From Camelus dromedarius (lineage: Eukaryota), in assembly GCF_036321535.1 (NCBI RefSeq), contig NC_087436.1:558001-622000 (forward strand): 64,000 nucleotides of DNA, written 5' to 3'. A program made the position numbers and the translations under genes. The first letter of the stretch is position 1. The number at the start of each line of letters is the position of its first letter. This document shows positions 36,601 through 50,800 of the stretch, in pieces. Under the pieces are notes generated by a model. The model ran no database searches, was not told the DNA's origin, and saw only the letters and a program-made list of their open reading frames with translations.

Positions 36601-39600
36601 TCCTGCAGTTTTCACTGTCAAACCGTGTTGGAGCTTGTACCTCCCCATATATATGTATGGAATGGAGTTTGCAACTGAAAAGAAACTTTGTGTTCCCAAC
36701 AAGCTAGGTGAAGGATGGCTTTCACACACAATTATCTCTCAGAACAGAGCAAGTAGAGAGACGTTCGTTCATCTAGCACCTAGGGAACGGGTTGCAGGAG
36801 ACACTTTTTCTCTGCTTTCTCAGTCTGTTACCTAGTGCCGGTTTGAAGTTCCTGCAGTTTTCACTGTCAAACCGAGTTGGAGCTAGTACCTCCCCATATA
36901 TATGTATGGAATGGAGTTTGCAACTGAAAAGAAACTTTGTGTTCCCAACAAGCTAGGTGAAGGACGGCTTTCACACACACTTATCTCTCAGAACTGAGCA
37001 AGTGGAGAGACGTTCGTTCATCTAGCACCAGGGAACGGGTTGCAGGAGACACTTTTTCTCTGCTTCCTCAGTCTGTTTCCTAGTGCCGGTTTGAAGTTCC
37101 TGCAGTTTTCACTGTCAAACCGAGTTGGAGCTTCTACCTCCCCATATATACGTATGGAATGGAGTTTGCAACTGAAAAGAAACTTTGTGTTCCCAACAAG
37201 CTAGGTGAAGGACGGCTTTCACACACACTTATCTCTCAGAACTGAGCAAGTGGAGAGACGTTCGTTCATCTAGCACCAAGGGAACGGGTTGCAGGAGACA
37301 CTTTTTCTCTGCTTTATCAGTCTGTTTCCTAGTGCCGGTTTGAAGTTCCTGCAGTTTTCACTGTGAATTCGAGTTGGAGCTTCTACCTCCCCATATATAT
37401 GTATGGAATGGAGTTTGCAACTGAAAAGTAACTTTGTGTTCCCTACAAGCAAGGTGAAGGACGGCTTTCACACACACTTATCTTTCAGAACTGAGCAAGT
37501 GGAGAGACGTTCGTTCATCTAGCACCAAGGGAACGGGTTGCAGGAGACACTTTTTCTCTGCTTTCTCAGTCTGTTTCCTAGTGCCGGTTTGAAGTTCCTG
37601 CAGTTTTCACTGTAAAACCGTGTTGGAGTTTCTACCGCCCCATATATATGTATGGAATGGAGTTTGCAACTGAAAAGAAACTTTGTGTTCCCAACAAGCA
37701 AGGTGAAGGACGGCTTTCACACACACTTATCTCTCAGAACTGAGCAAGTGGAGAGACGTTCGTTCATCTAGCACCAAGGGAACGGTTTGCAGGAGACACT
37801 TTTTCTCTGCTTCCTCAGTCTGTTTCCTAGTGCCGGTTTGAAGTTCCTGCAGTTTTCACTGTAAAACCGAGTTGGAGCTTGTACCTCCCCATATATATGT
37901 ATGGAATGGAGTTTGCAACTGAAAAGAAACTTTGTGTTCCCAACAAGCTAGGTGAAGGACGGCTTTCACACACACTTATCTCTCAGAACTGAGCAAGTGG
38001 AGAGACGTTCGTTCATCTAGCACCAAGGGAACGGGTTGCAGGAGACACTTTTTCTCTGTTTTCTCAGTCTGTTTCCTAGTGCCGGTTTGAAGTTCCTGCA
38101 GTTTTCACTGTGAATTCGAGTTGGAGCTTCTACCTCCCCATATATATGTATGGAATGGAGTTTGCAACTGAAAAGAAACTTTGTGTTCCCAACAAGCTAG
38201 GTGAAGGACGGCTTTCACACACACTTATCTCTCAGAACTGAGCAAGTGGAGAGACGTTCGTTCATCTAGCACCAAGGGAACGGCTTGCAGGGGACACTTT
38301 TTCTCTGCTTTCTCAGTCTGTTTCCTAGTGCCGGTTTGAAGTTCCTGCAGTTTTCACTGTCAAACCGAGTTGGAGCTTCTACCTCCACATATATATGTAT
38401 GGAATGGAGTTTGCAACTGAAAAGAAACTTTGTGTTCCCAACAAGCTAGTTGAAGGACGGCTTTCACACACACTTATCTCTCAGAACAGAGCAAGTGGAG
38501 AGACGTTCGTTCATCTAGCACCAAGGGAACGGGTTTCAGGGGACACTTTTTCTCTGCTATCTCAGTCTGTTTCCTAGTGCCGGTTAGAAGTTCCTGCAGT
38601 TTTCATTGTCAAACCGATTTGGAGCTAGTATCTCCCCATATATATGTATGGAATGGAGTTTACAACTGAAAAGAAACTTTGTGTTCCCAACAAGCTTGGT
38701 GAAGAGCGGCTTTCACACACACTTATCTCTCAGAACTGAGCAAGTGGAGAGACGTTCGTTCATCTAGCACCAAGGGAACGGGTTGCAGGAGACACTTTTT
38801 CTCTGTTTTCTCAGTCTGTTTCCTAGTGCCGGTTTGAAGTTCCTGCAGTTTTCACTGTGAAACCCAGTTGGAGCTTCTACCTCCCCATATATATGTATGG
38901 AATGGAGTTTGCAACTGAAAAGAAACTTTGTGTTCCCAATAAGCAAGTTGAAGGACGGCTTTCACACACACTTTTCTCTCAGAACTGAGCAAGTGGAGAG
39001 ACGTTCGTTCATCTAGCACCAAGGGAACGGGTTGCAGGAGACACTTTTTCTCTGCTTTCTCAGTCTGTTTCCTAGTGCCGGTTTGAAGTTCCTGCAGTTT
39101 TCACTGTAAATCCGAGTTGGAGCTTGTACCTCCCCGTATATATGTATGGAATGGAGTTTGCAACTGAAAAGAAACTTTGTGTTCCCAACAAGCTAGGTGA
39201 AGGACGGCTTTCACACACATTTATCTCTCAGAACTGAACAAGTGGAGAGACGTTCGTTCATCTAGCATCAAGGGAACGGGTTGCAGGAGACACTTTTTCT
39301 CTGCTTTCTCAGTCTGTTTCCTAGTGCCGGTTTGAAGTTCCTGCAGTTTTCATTGTCAAACCGATTTGGAGCTAGTATCTCCCCTTATATATGTATGGAA
39401 TGGAGTTTACAACTGAAAAGAAACTTTGTGTTCCCAACAAGCTTGGTGAAGAGCGGCTTTCACACACACTTATCTCTCAGAACTGAGCAAGTGGAGAGAA
39501 GTTCGTTCATCCAGCACCAAGGGAACGGGTTGCAGGAGACACTTTTTCTCTGCTTTCTCAGTCTGTTTCCTAGTGCCGGTTTGAAGTTCCTGCAGTTTTC

Positions 39601-42230
39601 ACTGTCAATCCGAGTTGGAGCTAGTACCTCCCCGTATATATGTATGGAATGGAGTTTGCAACTGAAAAGAAACTTTGTGTTCCCAACAAGCTAGGTGAAG
39701 GACGGCTTTCACACACATTTATCTCTCAGAACTGAGCAAGTGGAGAGACGTTCGTTCATGTAGCACCAAGGGAACGGGTAGCAGGAGACACTATTTCTCT
39801 GCTTTCTCAGTCTGTTTCCTAGTGCCGGTTAGAAGTTCCTGCAGTTTTCACTGTCAAACCGTGTTGGAGCTAGTACCTCCCCATATATATGTATGGAATG
39901 GAGTTTGCAACTGAAAAGAAACTTTGTGTTCCCAACAAGCTAGGTGAAGGACGGCTTTCACACACACTTATCTCTCAGAACTGAGCAAGTGGAGAGACGT
40001 TCTTTCATCTTGCACCAAGGGAACGGGTTGTAGGAGACACTTTTTCTCTGATTTCTCAGTCTGTTTCCTAGTGCCGGTTTGAAGTTAATGCAGTTTTCAC
40101 TGTCAAACCGAGTTGGAGCTAGTACCTCCCCATATATATGTATGGATTGGAGTTGGCAACTGAAAAGAAACTTTGTGTTCCAAACAAGCTAGTTGAAGGA
40201 CGGCTTTCACACACACATATCTCTCAGAACTGAGCAAGTGGAGAGACGTTCGTTCATCTAGCACCAAGGGAACGGGTTGCAGGAGACACTTTTTCTCTGC
40301 TTCCTCAGTCTGTTTCCTAGTGCCGGTTTGAAGTTCCTGCAGTTTTCACTGTAAAACCGAGTTGGAGCTTGTACCTCCCCATATATATGTATGGAATGGA
40401 GTTTGCAACTGAAAAGAAACTTTATGTTCCCAACAAGCTAGGTGAAGGACGGCTTTCACACACACTTATCTCTCAGAACTGAGCAAGTGGAGAGACGTTC
40501 GTTCATCTAGCACCAAGGGAACGGGTTGCAGGAGACACTTTTTCTCTGTTTTCTCAGTCTGTTTCCTAGTGCCTGTTTGAAGTTCCTGCAGTTTTAACTG
40601 TGAATTCGAGTTGGAGCTTCTACCTCCCCATATATATGTATGGAATGGAGTTTGCAACTGAAAAATAACTTTGTGTTCCCTACAAGCAAGGTGAAGGACG
40701 GCTTTCACACACACTTATCTTTCAGAACTGAGCAAGTGGAGAGACGTTCGTTCATCTAGCACCAAGGGAACGGGTTGCCTGAGACACTTTTTCTCTGCTT
40801 TCTCAGTCTGTTTCCTAGTGCCGGTTTGAAGTTCCTGCAGTTTTCACTGTAAACCCGAGTTGGAGCTAGTACCTCCCCATATATATGTATGGATTGGAGT
40901 TGGCAACTGAAAAGAAACTTTGTGTTCCAAACAAGCTAGTTGAAGGACGGCTTTCACACACACATATCTCTCAGAACTGAGCAAGTGGAGAGACGTTCGT
41001 TCATCTAGCACCAAGGGAACGGGTTGCAGGAGACACTTTTTCTCTGTTTTCTCAGTCTGTTTCCTAGTGCCGGTTTGAAGTTCCTGCACTTTTCACTGTG
41101 AATTCGAGTTGGAGCTTCTACCTCCCCATATATATGTATGGAATGGAGTTTGCAACTGAAAAGTAACTTTGTGTTCCCTACAAGCAAGGTGAAGGACGGC
41201 TTTCACACACACTTATCTTTCAGAACTGAGCAAGTGGAGAGACGTTCGTTCATCTAGCACCAAGGGAACGGGTTGCAGGAGACACTTTTTCTCTGCTTTC
41301 TCAGTCTGTTTCCTAGTGCCGGTTTGAAGTTCCTGCAGTTTTCACTGTAAAACCGTGTTGGAGTTTCTACCGCCCCATATATATGTATGGAATGGAGTTT
41401 GCAACTGAAAAGAAACTTTGTGTTCCCAACAAGCAAGGTGAAGGACGGCTTTCACACACACTTATCTCTCACAACTGAGCAAGTGGAGAGACGTTCGTTC
41501 ATCTAGCACCAAGGGAACGGGTTGCAGGAGACACTTTTTCTCTGCTTCCTCAGTCTGTTTCCTAGTGCCGGTTTGAAGTTCCTGCAGTTTTCACTGTAAA
41601 ACCGAGTTGGAGCTTGTACCTCCCCATATATATGTATGGAATGGAGTTTGCAACTGAAAAGAAACTTTGTGTTCCCAACAAGCTAGGTGAAGGACGGCTT
41701 TCACACACACTTATCTCTCAGAACTGAGCAAGTGGAGAGACGTTCGTTCATCTAGCACCAAGGGAACGGGTTGCAGGAGACACTTTTTCTCTGTTTTCTC
41801 AGTCTGTTTCCTAGTGCCGGTTTGAAGTTCCTGCAGTTTTCACTGTGAATTCGAGTTGGAGCTTCTACCTCCCCATATATATGTATGGAATGGAGTTTGC
41901 AACTGAAAAGTAACTTTGTGTTCCCTACAAGCAAGGTGAAGGACGGCTTTCACACACACTTATCTTTCAGAACTGAGCAAGTGGAGAGACGTTCGTTCAT
42001 CTAGCACCAAGGGAACGGGTTGCAGGAGACACTTTTTCTCTTCTTTCTCAGTCTGTTTCCTAGTGCCGGTTTGAAGTTCCTGCAGTTTTCACAGTAAAAC
42101 CGTGTTGGAGTTTCTACCGCCCCATATATATGTATGGAATGGAGTTTGCAACTGAAAAGAAACTTTGTGTTCCCAACAAGCAAGGTGAAGGACGGCTTTC
42201 ACACACACTTATCTCTCAGAACTGAGCAAG
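27660..42230 (+). repeat. HOR domain 2: three copies of a 21-22-monomer HOR
   Basis: ORF series 27693/32920/38395, 28062/33289/38764 and 28579/33806/39281 give periods of 5227 and 5475 bp. Variants seen only here: CATTGTCAAACCGATTTGG, GCTTGGTGAAGAGCGG, AAAGTAACTTTGTGTTCCCTAC, CTACCGCCCC, GTGAATTCG. Confidence 0.92.
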
Positions 42231-44589
42231 TGGAGAGACGTTCGTTCATCTAGCACCAAGGGAACGGGTTGGAGGAGACACTTTTTCTCTGCTTTCTCAG
42301 TATTTTTCCTAGTGCCTGTTTGAAGTTCCTGCAGTTTTCACTGTAAAACAGAGTTGGAGCTAGTAATTCCCCATATATATGTATGGAATGGAGTTTGCAA
42401 CTGAAAAGAAACTTTGTGTTCCCAACAAGCTAGTTGAAGGACGGCTTTCACACACACTTATCTCTCAGAACTGAGCAATTGGAGAGACGTTCGTTCATGT
42501 AGCACAAAGGGAACGGGTTGCAGGAGACACTTTTTCTCTGCTTTCTCAGTCTGTTTCCTAGTGCCGGTTTGAAGTTCCTGCAGTTTTCACTGTCAAACCG
42601 TGTTGGAGCTAGTACCACCCCATATATATGTATGGAATGGAGTTGGCAACAGAAAAGAAACTTTGTGTTCCAAACAAGCTAGTTGAAGGATGGCTTTCAC
42701 ACCCACATATCTCTCAGAACTGAGCAAGTGGAGAGACGTTCGTTCATCTAGCACCAAGGGAACGGGTTGCAGGAGACACTATTTCTCTGCTTCCTCAGTC
42801 TGTTTCCTAGTGCCGGTTTGAAGTTCCTGCAGTTTTCACTGTCAAACCGAGTTGGAGCTTCTACCTCCCCATATATATGTATGGAATGGAGTTTGCAACT
42901 GAAAAGAAACTTTGTGTTCCCAACAAGCTAGGTGAAGGACGGCTTCCACACACACTTATCTCTCAGAACTGAGCAAGTGTAGAGACTTTCGTTCATCCAG
43001 CACCAAGGGAACGGGTTGCAGGAGACACTTTTTCTCTGCTTTCTCAGTCTGTTTCCTAGTGCCGGTTTGAAGTTCCTGCAGTTATCACTGTAAAACAGAG
43101 TTGGAGCTTCTACCTCCCCATATATACGTATGGAATGGAGTTTGCAACTGAAAAGAAACTTTGTGTTCCCAAAAAGCTAGGTGAAGGACGGCTTTCACAC
43201 ACACTTATCTCTCAGAACTGAGCAAGTGGAGAGACGTTCGTTCATCTAGCACCAAGGGAACGGGTTGCAGGAGACACTTTTTCTCTGTTTTCTCAGTCTG
43301 TTTCCTAGTGCCGGTTTGAAGTTCCTGCAGTTTTCACTGTGAAATCGAGTTGGAGCTTCTACCTCCCCATATATATGTATGGAATGGAGTTTGCAACTGA
43401 AAAGAAACTTTGTGTTCCCAACAAGCTAGGTGAAGGACGGCTTTCACACACACTTATCTCTCCGAACTGAGCAAGTGGAGAGACGTTCGTTCATCTAGCA
43501 CCAAGTGAACGGGTTGCAGGAGACACTTTTTCTCTGCTTTCTCAGTCTGTTTCCTAGTGCCGGTTTGATGTTCCTGCAGTTTTCACTGTCAAACCGAGTT
43601 GGAGCTAGTACCTCCCATATATATGTATGGAATGGAGTTTGCAACTGAAAAGAAACTTTGTGTTCCCAACAAGCTAGGTGAAGGACGGCTTTCACACACA
43701 CTTATCTCTCAGAACTGAGCAAGTGGAGAGACGTTCGTTCATGTAGCACCAAGGGAACGGGTTGCAGGAGACACTTTTTCTCTGCTTTCTCTGTCTTTTT
43801 CCTAGTGCCGGTATGAAGTTCCTGCAGTTTTCACTGTAAAACCGAGTTGGAGCTTGTACCTCCCCATATATATGTATGGAATGGAGTTTGCAACTGAAAA
43901 GAAACTTTGTGTTCCCAACAAGCTAGATGAAGGACGGCTTTCACACACACTTATCTCTCAGAACTGAGCAAGTGGAGAGACGTTCGTTCATCTAGCACCA
44001 AGGGAACGGCTTGCAGGGGACACTTTTTCTCTGCTTTCTCAGTCTGTTTCCTAGTGCCGGTTTGAAGTTCCTGCAGTTTTCACTGTCAAACCGAGTTGGA
44101 GCTTCTACCTCCACATATATATGTATGGAATGGAGATTGCAACTGAAAAGAAACTTTGTGTTCCCAACAAGCTAGGTGAAGGACGGCTTTCACACACACT
44201 TATCTCTCAGAACTGAGCAAGTGGAGAGACGTTCGTTCATCTAGCACCAAGGGAACGGGTTGCAGGAGACACTTTTTCTCTGCTTCTCAGTCTGTTTCCT
44301 AGTGCCGGTTTGAAGTTCCTGCAGTTTTCACTGTAAAACCGAGTTGGAGCTAGTACCTCCCCATATATATGTATGGAATGGAGTTTGCAACTGGAAAGAA
44401 ACTTTGTGTTCCCAACAAGCTAGGTGAAGGACGGCTTTCACACACACTTATCTCTCAGAACTGAGCAAGTGGAGAGACGTTCGTTCATCTAGCACCAAGG
44501 GAACGGGTTGCAGGAGACACTTTTTCTCTGCTTTCTCAGTCTGTTTCCTAGTGCCGGTTTGAAGTTCCTGCAGTTTTCACTGTCAAAAC

Positions 44590-47570
44590 GAGTTGGAGCT
44601 TGTACCTCCCCATATATATGTATGGAATGGAGTTTGCAACTGAAAAGAAACTTTGTGTTCCCAACAAGCTAGGTGAAGGATGGCTTTCACACACAATTAT
44701 CTCTCAGAACAGAGCAAGTAGAGAGACGTTCGTTCATCTAGCACCTAGGGAACGGGTTGCAGGAGACACTTTTTCTCTGTTTTCTCAGTCTGTTACCTAG
44801 TGCCGGTTTGAAGTTCCTGCAGTTTTCACTGTCAAACCGAGTTGGAGCTAGTACCTCCCCATATATATGTATGGAATGGAGTTTGCAACTGAAAAGAAAC
44901 TTTGTGTTCCCAACAAGCTAGGTGAAGGACGGCTTTCACACACACTTATCTCTCAGAACTGAGCAAGTGGAGAGACGTTCGTTCATCTAGCACCAGGGAA
45001 CGGGTTGCAGGAGACACTTTTTCTCTGCTTCCTCAGTCTGTTTCCTAGTGCCGGTTTGAAGTTCCTGCAGTTTTCACTGTAAAACCGAGTTGGAGCTTGT
45101 ACCTCCCCATATATATGTATGGAATGGAGTTTGCAACTGAAAAGAAACTTTGTGTTCCCAACAAGCTAGGTGAAGGACGGCTTTCACACACACTTATCTC
45201 TCAGAACTGAGCAAGTGGAGAGACGTTCGTTCATCTAGCACCAAGGGAACGGGTTGCAGGGGACACTTTTTCTCTGCTTTCTCAGTCTGTTTCCTAGTGT
45301 CGGTTTGAAGTTCCTGCAGTTTTCACTGTAAAACCGAGTTGGAGCTTCTACCTCCCCATATATATATATGGAATGGAGTTTGCAACTGAAAAGAAACTTT
45401 GTGTTCCCAACAAGCTAGGTGAAGTACGGCTTTCACACACACTTATCTCTCAGAACAGAGCAAGTGGAGAGACGTTCGTTCATCTAGCACCAAGGGAACG
45501 GGTTGCAGGAGACACTTTTTCTCTGCTTTATCAGTCTGTTTCCTAGTGCCGGTTTGAAGTTCCTGCAGTTTTCACTGTCAAACCGAGTTGGAGCTAGTAC
45601 CTCCCCATATATATGTATGGAATGGAGTTTGCAACTGAAAAGAAATTTTGTGTTCCCAACAAGCTAGGTGAAGGACGGCTTTCACACACACTTATCTCTC
45701 AGAACTGAGCAAGTGGAGAGACGTTCGTTCATCTAGCACCAAGGGAACGGGTTGCAGGAGACACTTTTTCTCTGCTTCCTCAGTCTGTTTCCTAGTGCCG
45801 GTTTGAAGTTCCTGCAGTTTTCACTGTAAAACCGAGTTGGAGCTTCTACCTCCTCATATATATGTATGGAATGGAGTTTGCAACTGAAAAGAAACTTTGT
45901 GTTCCCAAAAAGCAAGGTGAAGGACTGCTTTCACACACACTTATCTCTCAGAACTGAGCAAGTGGAGAGACGTTCGTTCATCTAGCACCAAGGGAACGGG
46001 TTGCAGGAGACACTTTTTCTCTGCTTTCTCAGTCTGTTTCCTAGTGCCGGTTTGAAGTTCCTGCAGTTTTCACTGTCAAACCGTGTTGGAGCTTGTACCA
46101 CCCCATATATATGTATGGAATGGAGTTTGCAACTGAAAAGAAACTTTGTGTTCCCAACAAGCTAGGTGAAGGATGGCTTTCACACACAATTATCTCTCAG
46201 AACAGAGCAAGTAGAGAGACGTTCGTTCATCTAGCACCTAGGGAACGGGTTGCAGGAGACACTTTTTCTCTGCTTTCTCAGTCTGTTACCTAGTGCCTGT
46301 TTGAAGTTCCTGCAGTTTTCACTGTCAAACCGAGTTGGAGCTAGTACCTCCCCATATATATGTATGGAATGGAGTTTGCAACTGAAAAGAAACTTTGTGT
46401 TCCCAACAAGCTAGGTGAAGGACGGCTTTCACACACACTTATCTCTCAGAACTGAGCAAGTGGAGAGACGTTCGTTCATCTAGCACCAGGGAACGGGTTG
46501 CAGGAGACACTTTTTCTCTGCTTCCTCAGTGTGTTTCCTAGTGCCGGTTTGAAGTTCCTGCAGTTTTCACTGTAAAACCGAGTTGGAGCTTGTACCTCCC
46601 CATATATATGTATGGAATGGAGTTTGCAACTGAAAAGAAACTTTGTGTTCCCAACAAGCTAGGTGAAGGACGGCTTTCACACACACTTATCTCTCAGAAC
46701 TGAGCAAGTGGAGAGACGTTCGTTCATCTAGCACCAAGGGAACGGGTTGCAGGGGACACTTTTTCTCTGCTTTCTCAGTCTGTTTCCTAGTGCCGGTTTG
46801 AAGTTCCTGCAGTTTTCACTGTAAAACCGAGTTGGAGCTTCTACCTCCCCATATATATATATGGAATGGTGTTTGCAACTGAAAAGAAACTTTGTGTTCC
46901 CAACAAGCTAGGTGAAGTACGGCTTTCACACACACTTATCTCTCAGAACAGAGCAAGTGGAGAGACGTTCGTTCATCTAGCACCAAGGGAACGGGTTGCA
47001 GGAGACACTTTTTCTCTGCTTTATCAGTCTGTTTCCTAGTGCCGGTTTGAAGTTCCTGCAGTTTTCACTGTCAAACCGAGTTGGAGCTAGTACCTCCCCA
47101 TATATATGTATGGAATGGAGTTTGCAACTGAAAAGAAACTTTGTGTTCCCAACAAGCTAGGTGAAGGACGGCTTTCACACACACTTATCTCTCAGAACTG
47201 AGCAAGTGGAGAGACGTTCGTTCATCTAGCACCAAGGGAACGGGTTGCAGGAGACACTTTTTCTCTGCTTCCTCAGTCTGTTTCCTAGTGCCGGTTTGAA
47301 GTTCCTGCAGTTTTCACTGTAAAACCGAGTTGGAGCTTCTACCTCCTCATATATATGTATGGAATGGAGTTTGCAACTGAAAAGAAACTTTGTGTTCCCA
47401 AAAAGCAAGGTGAAGGACTGCTTTCACACACACTTATCTCTCAGAACTGAGCAAGTGGAGAGACGTTCGTTCATCTAGAACCAAGGGAACGGGTTGCAGG
47501 AGACACTTATTCTCTGCTTTCTCAGTCTGTTTCCTAGTGCCGGTTTGAATTTCCTGCAGTTTTCACTGTA
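44590..47570 (+). repeat. Tandem 6-mer duplication (period 1493 bp)
   Basis: ORF offsets 44600/46093 and 45733/47226. The variant GTGAAGTACGG is shared (about 45419/46912), as is the perfect CCATATATATATATGG palindrome (45356/46849). Confidence 0.88.
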
Positions 47571-47824
47571 AAACCGAGTTGGAGCTTGTACCTCCCCATA
47601 TATATGTATGGAATGGAGTTTGCAACTGAAAAGAAACTTTGTGTTCCCAACAAGCTAGGTGAAGGACGGCTTTCACACACACTTATCTCTCCGAACTGAG
47701 CAAGTGGAGAGACGTTCGTTCATCTAGCACCAAGTGAACGGGTTGCAGGAGACACTTTTTCTCTGCTTTCTCAGTCTGTTTCCTAGTGCCGGTTTGATGT
47801 TCCTGCAGTTTTCACTGTCAAACC

Positions 47825-50800
47825 GAGTTGGAGCTAGTACCTCCCATATATATGTATGGAATGGAGTTTGCAACTGAAAAGAAACTTTGTGTTCCCAACA
47901 AGCTAGGTGAAGGACGGCTTTCACACACACTTATCTCTCAGAACTGAGCAAGTGGAGAGACGTTCGTTCATGTAGCACCAAGGGAACGGGTTGCAGGAGA
48001 CACTTTTTCTCTGCTTTCTCAGTCTGTTTCCTAGTGCCGATTTGAAGTTCCTGCAGTTTTCACTGTAAAACCGAGTTGGAGCTAGTACCTCCCCATATAT
48101 ATGTATGGAATGGAGTTTGCAACTGAAAAGAAACTTTGTGTTCCCAACAAGCTAGGTGAAGGACGGCTTTCACACACACTTATTTCCCAGAACTGAGCAA
48201 GTGGAGAGACGTTCGTTCATCTAGCACCAAGGAAACGGGTTGCAGGAGACACTTTTTCTCTGCTTTCTCTGTCTGTTTCCTAGTGCCGGTATGAAGTTCC
48301 TGCAGTTTTCACTGTAAAACCGATTTGGAGCTAGTACCTCCCCATATATATGTATGGAATGGAGTTTGCAACTGAAAAGAAACTTTGTGTTCCCAACAAG
48401 CTAGGTGAAGGACGGCTTTCACACACACTTATCTCTCAGAACTGAGCAAGTGGAGAGACGTTCGTTCATCTAGCACCAAGGGAACGGGTTGCAGGGGACA
48501 CTTTTTCTCTGCTTTCTCAGTCTGTTTCCTAGTGCCGGTTTGAAGTTCCTGCAGTTTTCACTGTCAAACCGAGTTGGAGCTTCTACCTCCCCATATATAT
48601 GTATGGAATGGAGATTGCAACTGAAAAGAAACTTTGTGTTTCCAACAAGATAGGTGAAGGACGGCTTTCACACACACTTATCTCTCAGAAATGAGCAAGT
48701 GGAGAGACGTTCGTTCATCTAGCACCAAGGGTACGGGTTGCAGGAGACACTTTTTCTCTGGTTTCTCAGTCTGTTTCCTAGTGCCGGTTTGAAGTTCCTG
48801 CAGTTTTCACTGTCAAACCGAGTTGGAGCTAGTACCTCCCCATATATATGTATGGAATGGAGTTTGCAACTGAAAAGAAACTTTGTGTTCCCAACAAGCT
48901 AGGTGAAGGACGGCTTTCACACACACTTATCTCTCAGAACAGAGCAAGTGGAGAGACGTTCGTTCATCTAGCACCAAGGGAACGGGTTGCAGGAGTCACT
49001 TTTTCTCTGCTTTCTCAGTCTGTTTCCTAGTGCCGTTTTGAAGTCCCTGCAGTTTTCACTGTCAAACCGAGTTGGAGCTAGTACCTCCCCATATATATGT
49101 ATGGAATGGAGTTTGCAACTGAAAAGAAACTGTGTTCCCAACAAGCTAGGTGAAGGACGGCTTTCACACGCACATATCTCTCAGAACTGAGCAAGTGGAG
49201 AGACGTTCGTTCATCTAGCACCAAGGGAACGGGTTGCAGGAGACACTTTTTCTCTGCTTTCTCAGTCTGTTTCCTAGTGCCGGTTTGATGTTCCTGCAGT
49301 TTTCACTGTCAAACCGAGTTGGAGCTAGTACCTCCCATATATATGTATGGAATGGAGTTTGCAACTGAAAAGAAACTTTGTGTTCCCAACAAGCTAGGTG
49401 AAGGACGGCTTTCACACACACTTATCTCTCAGAACAGAGCAAGTGGAGAGACGTTCGTTCATGTAGCACCAAGGGAACGGGTTGCAGGAGACACTTTTTC
49501 TCTGCTTTCTCAGTCTGTTTCCTAGTGCCGATTTGAAGTTCCTGCAGTTTTCACTGTAAAACCGAGTTGGAGCTAGTACCTCCCCATATATATGTATGGA
49601 ATGGAGTTTGCAACTGAAAAGAAACTTTGTGTTCCCAACAAGCTAGGTGAAGGACGGCTTTCACACACACTTATCTCTCAGAACTGAGCAAGTGGAGAGA
49701 CGTTCGTTCATCTAGCACCAAGGAAACGGGTTGCAGGAGACACTTTTTCTCTGCTTTCTCTGTCTGTTTCCTAGTGCCGGTATGAAGTTCCTGCAGTTTT
49801 CACTGTAAAACCGAGTTGGAGCTAGTACCTCCCCATATATATGTATGGAATGGAGTTTGCAACTGAAAAGAAACTTTGTGTTCCCAACAAGCTAGGTGAA
49901 GGACGGCTTTCACACACACTTATCTCTCAGAACTGAGCAAGTGGAGAGACGTTCGTTCATCTAGCACCAAGGGAACGGGTTGCAGGGGACACTTTTTCTC
50001 TGCTTTCTCAGTCTGTTTCCTAGTGCCGGTTTGAAGTTCCTGCAGTTTTCACTGTCAAACCGAGTTGGAGCTTCTACCTCCCCATATATATGTATGGAAT
50101 GGAGATTGCAACTGAAAAGAAACTTTGTGTTCCCAACAAGATAGGTGAAGGACGGCTTTCACACACACTTATCTCTCAGAAATGAGCAAGTGGAGAGACG
50201 TTCGTTCATCTAGCACCAAGGGTACGGGTTGCAGGAGACACTTTTTCTCTGGTTTCTCAGTCTGTTTCCTAGTGCCGGTTTGAAGTTCCTGCAGTTTTCA
50301 CTGTCAAACGGAGTTGGAGCTAGTACCTCCCCATATATATGTATGGAATGGAGTTTGCAACTGAAAAGAAACTTTGTGTTCCCAACAAGCTAGGTGAAGG
50401 ACGGCTTTCACACACACTTATCTCTCAGAACAGAGCAAGTGGAGAGACGTTCGTTCATCTAGCACCAAGGGAACGGGTTGCAGGAGTCACTTTTTCTCTG
50501 CTTTCTCAGTCTGTTTCCTAGTGCCGTTTTGAAGTTCCTGCAGTTTTCACTGTCAAACCGAGTTGGAGCTAGTACCTCCCCATATATATGTATGGAATGG
50601 AGTTTGCAACTGAAAAGAAACTGTGTTCCCAACAAGCTAGGTGAAGGACGGCTTTCACACGCACATATCTCTCAGAACTGAGCAAGTGGAGAGACGTTCG
50701 TTCATCTAGCACCAAGGGAACGGGTTGCAGGAGACACTTTTTCTCTGCTTCCTCAGTCTCTTTCCTAGTGCCGGTTTGAAGTTCCTGCAGTTTTCACTGT
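47825..50800 (+). repeat. Tandem 6-mer duplication of domain-1-type monomers B-G (period 1491 bp)
   Basis: ORF offsets 48848/50339 and 48987/50478. The variants AAGGGTACGG and CTCTGGTTTC occur at about 48727-48765 and 50218-50256 and I did not see them elsewhere. Confidence 0.88.
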
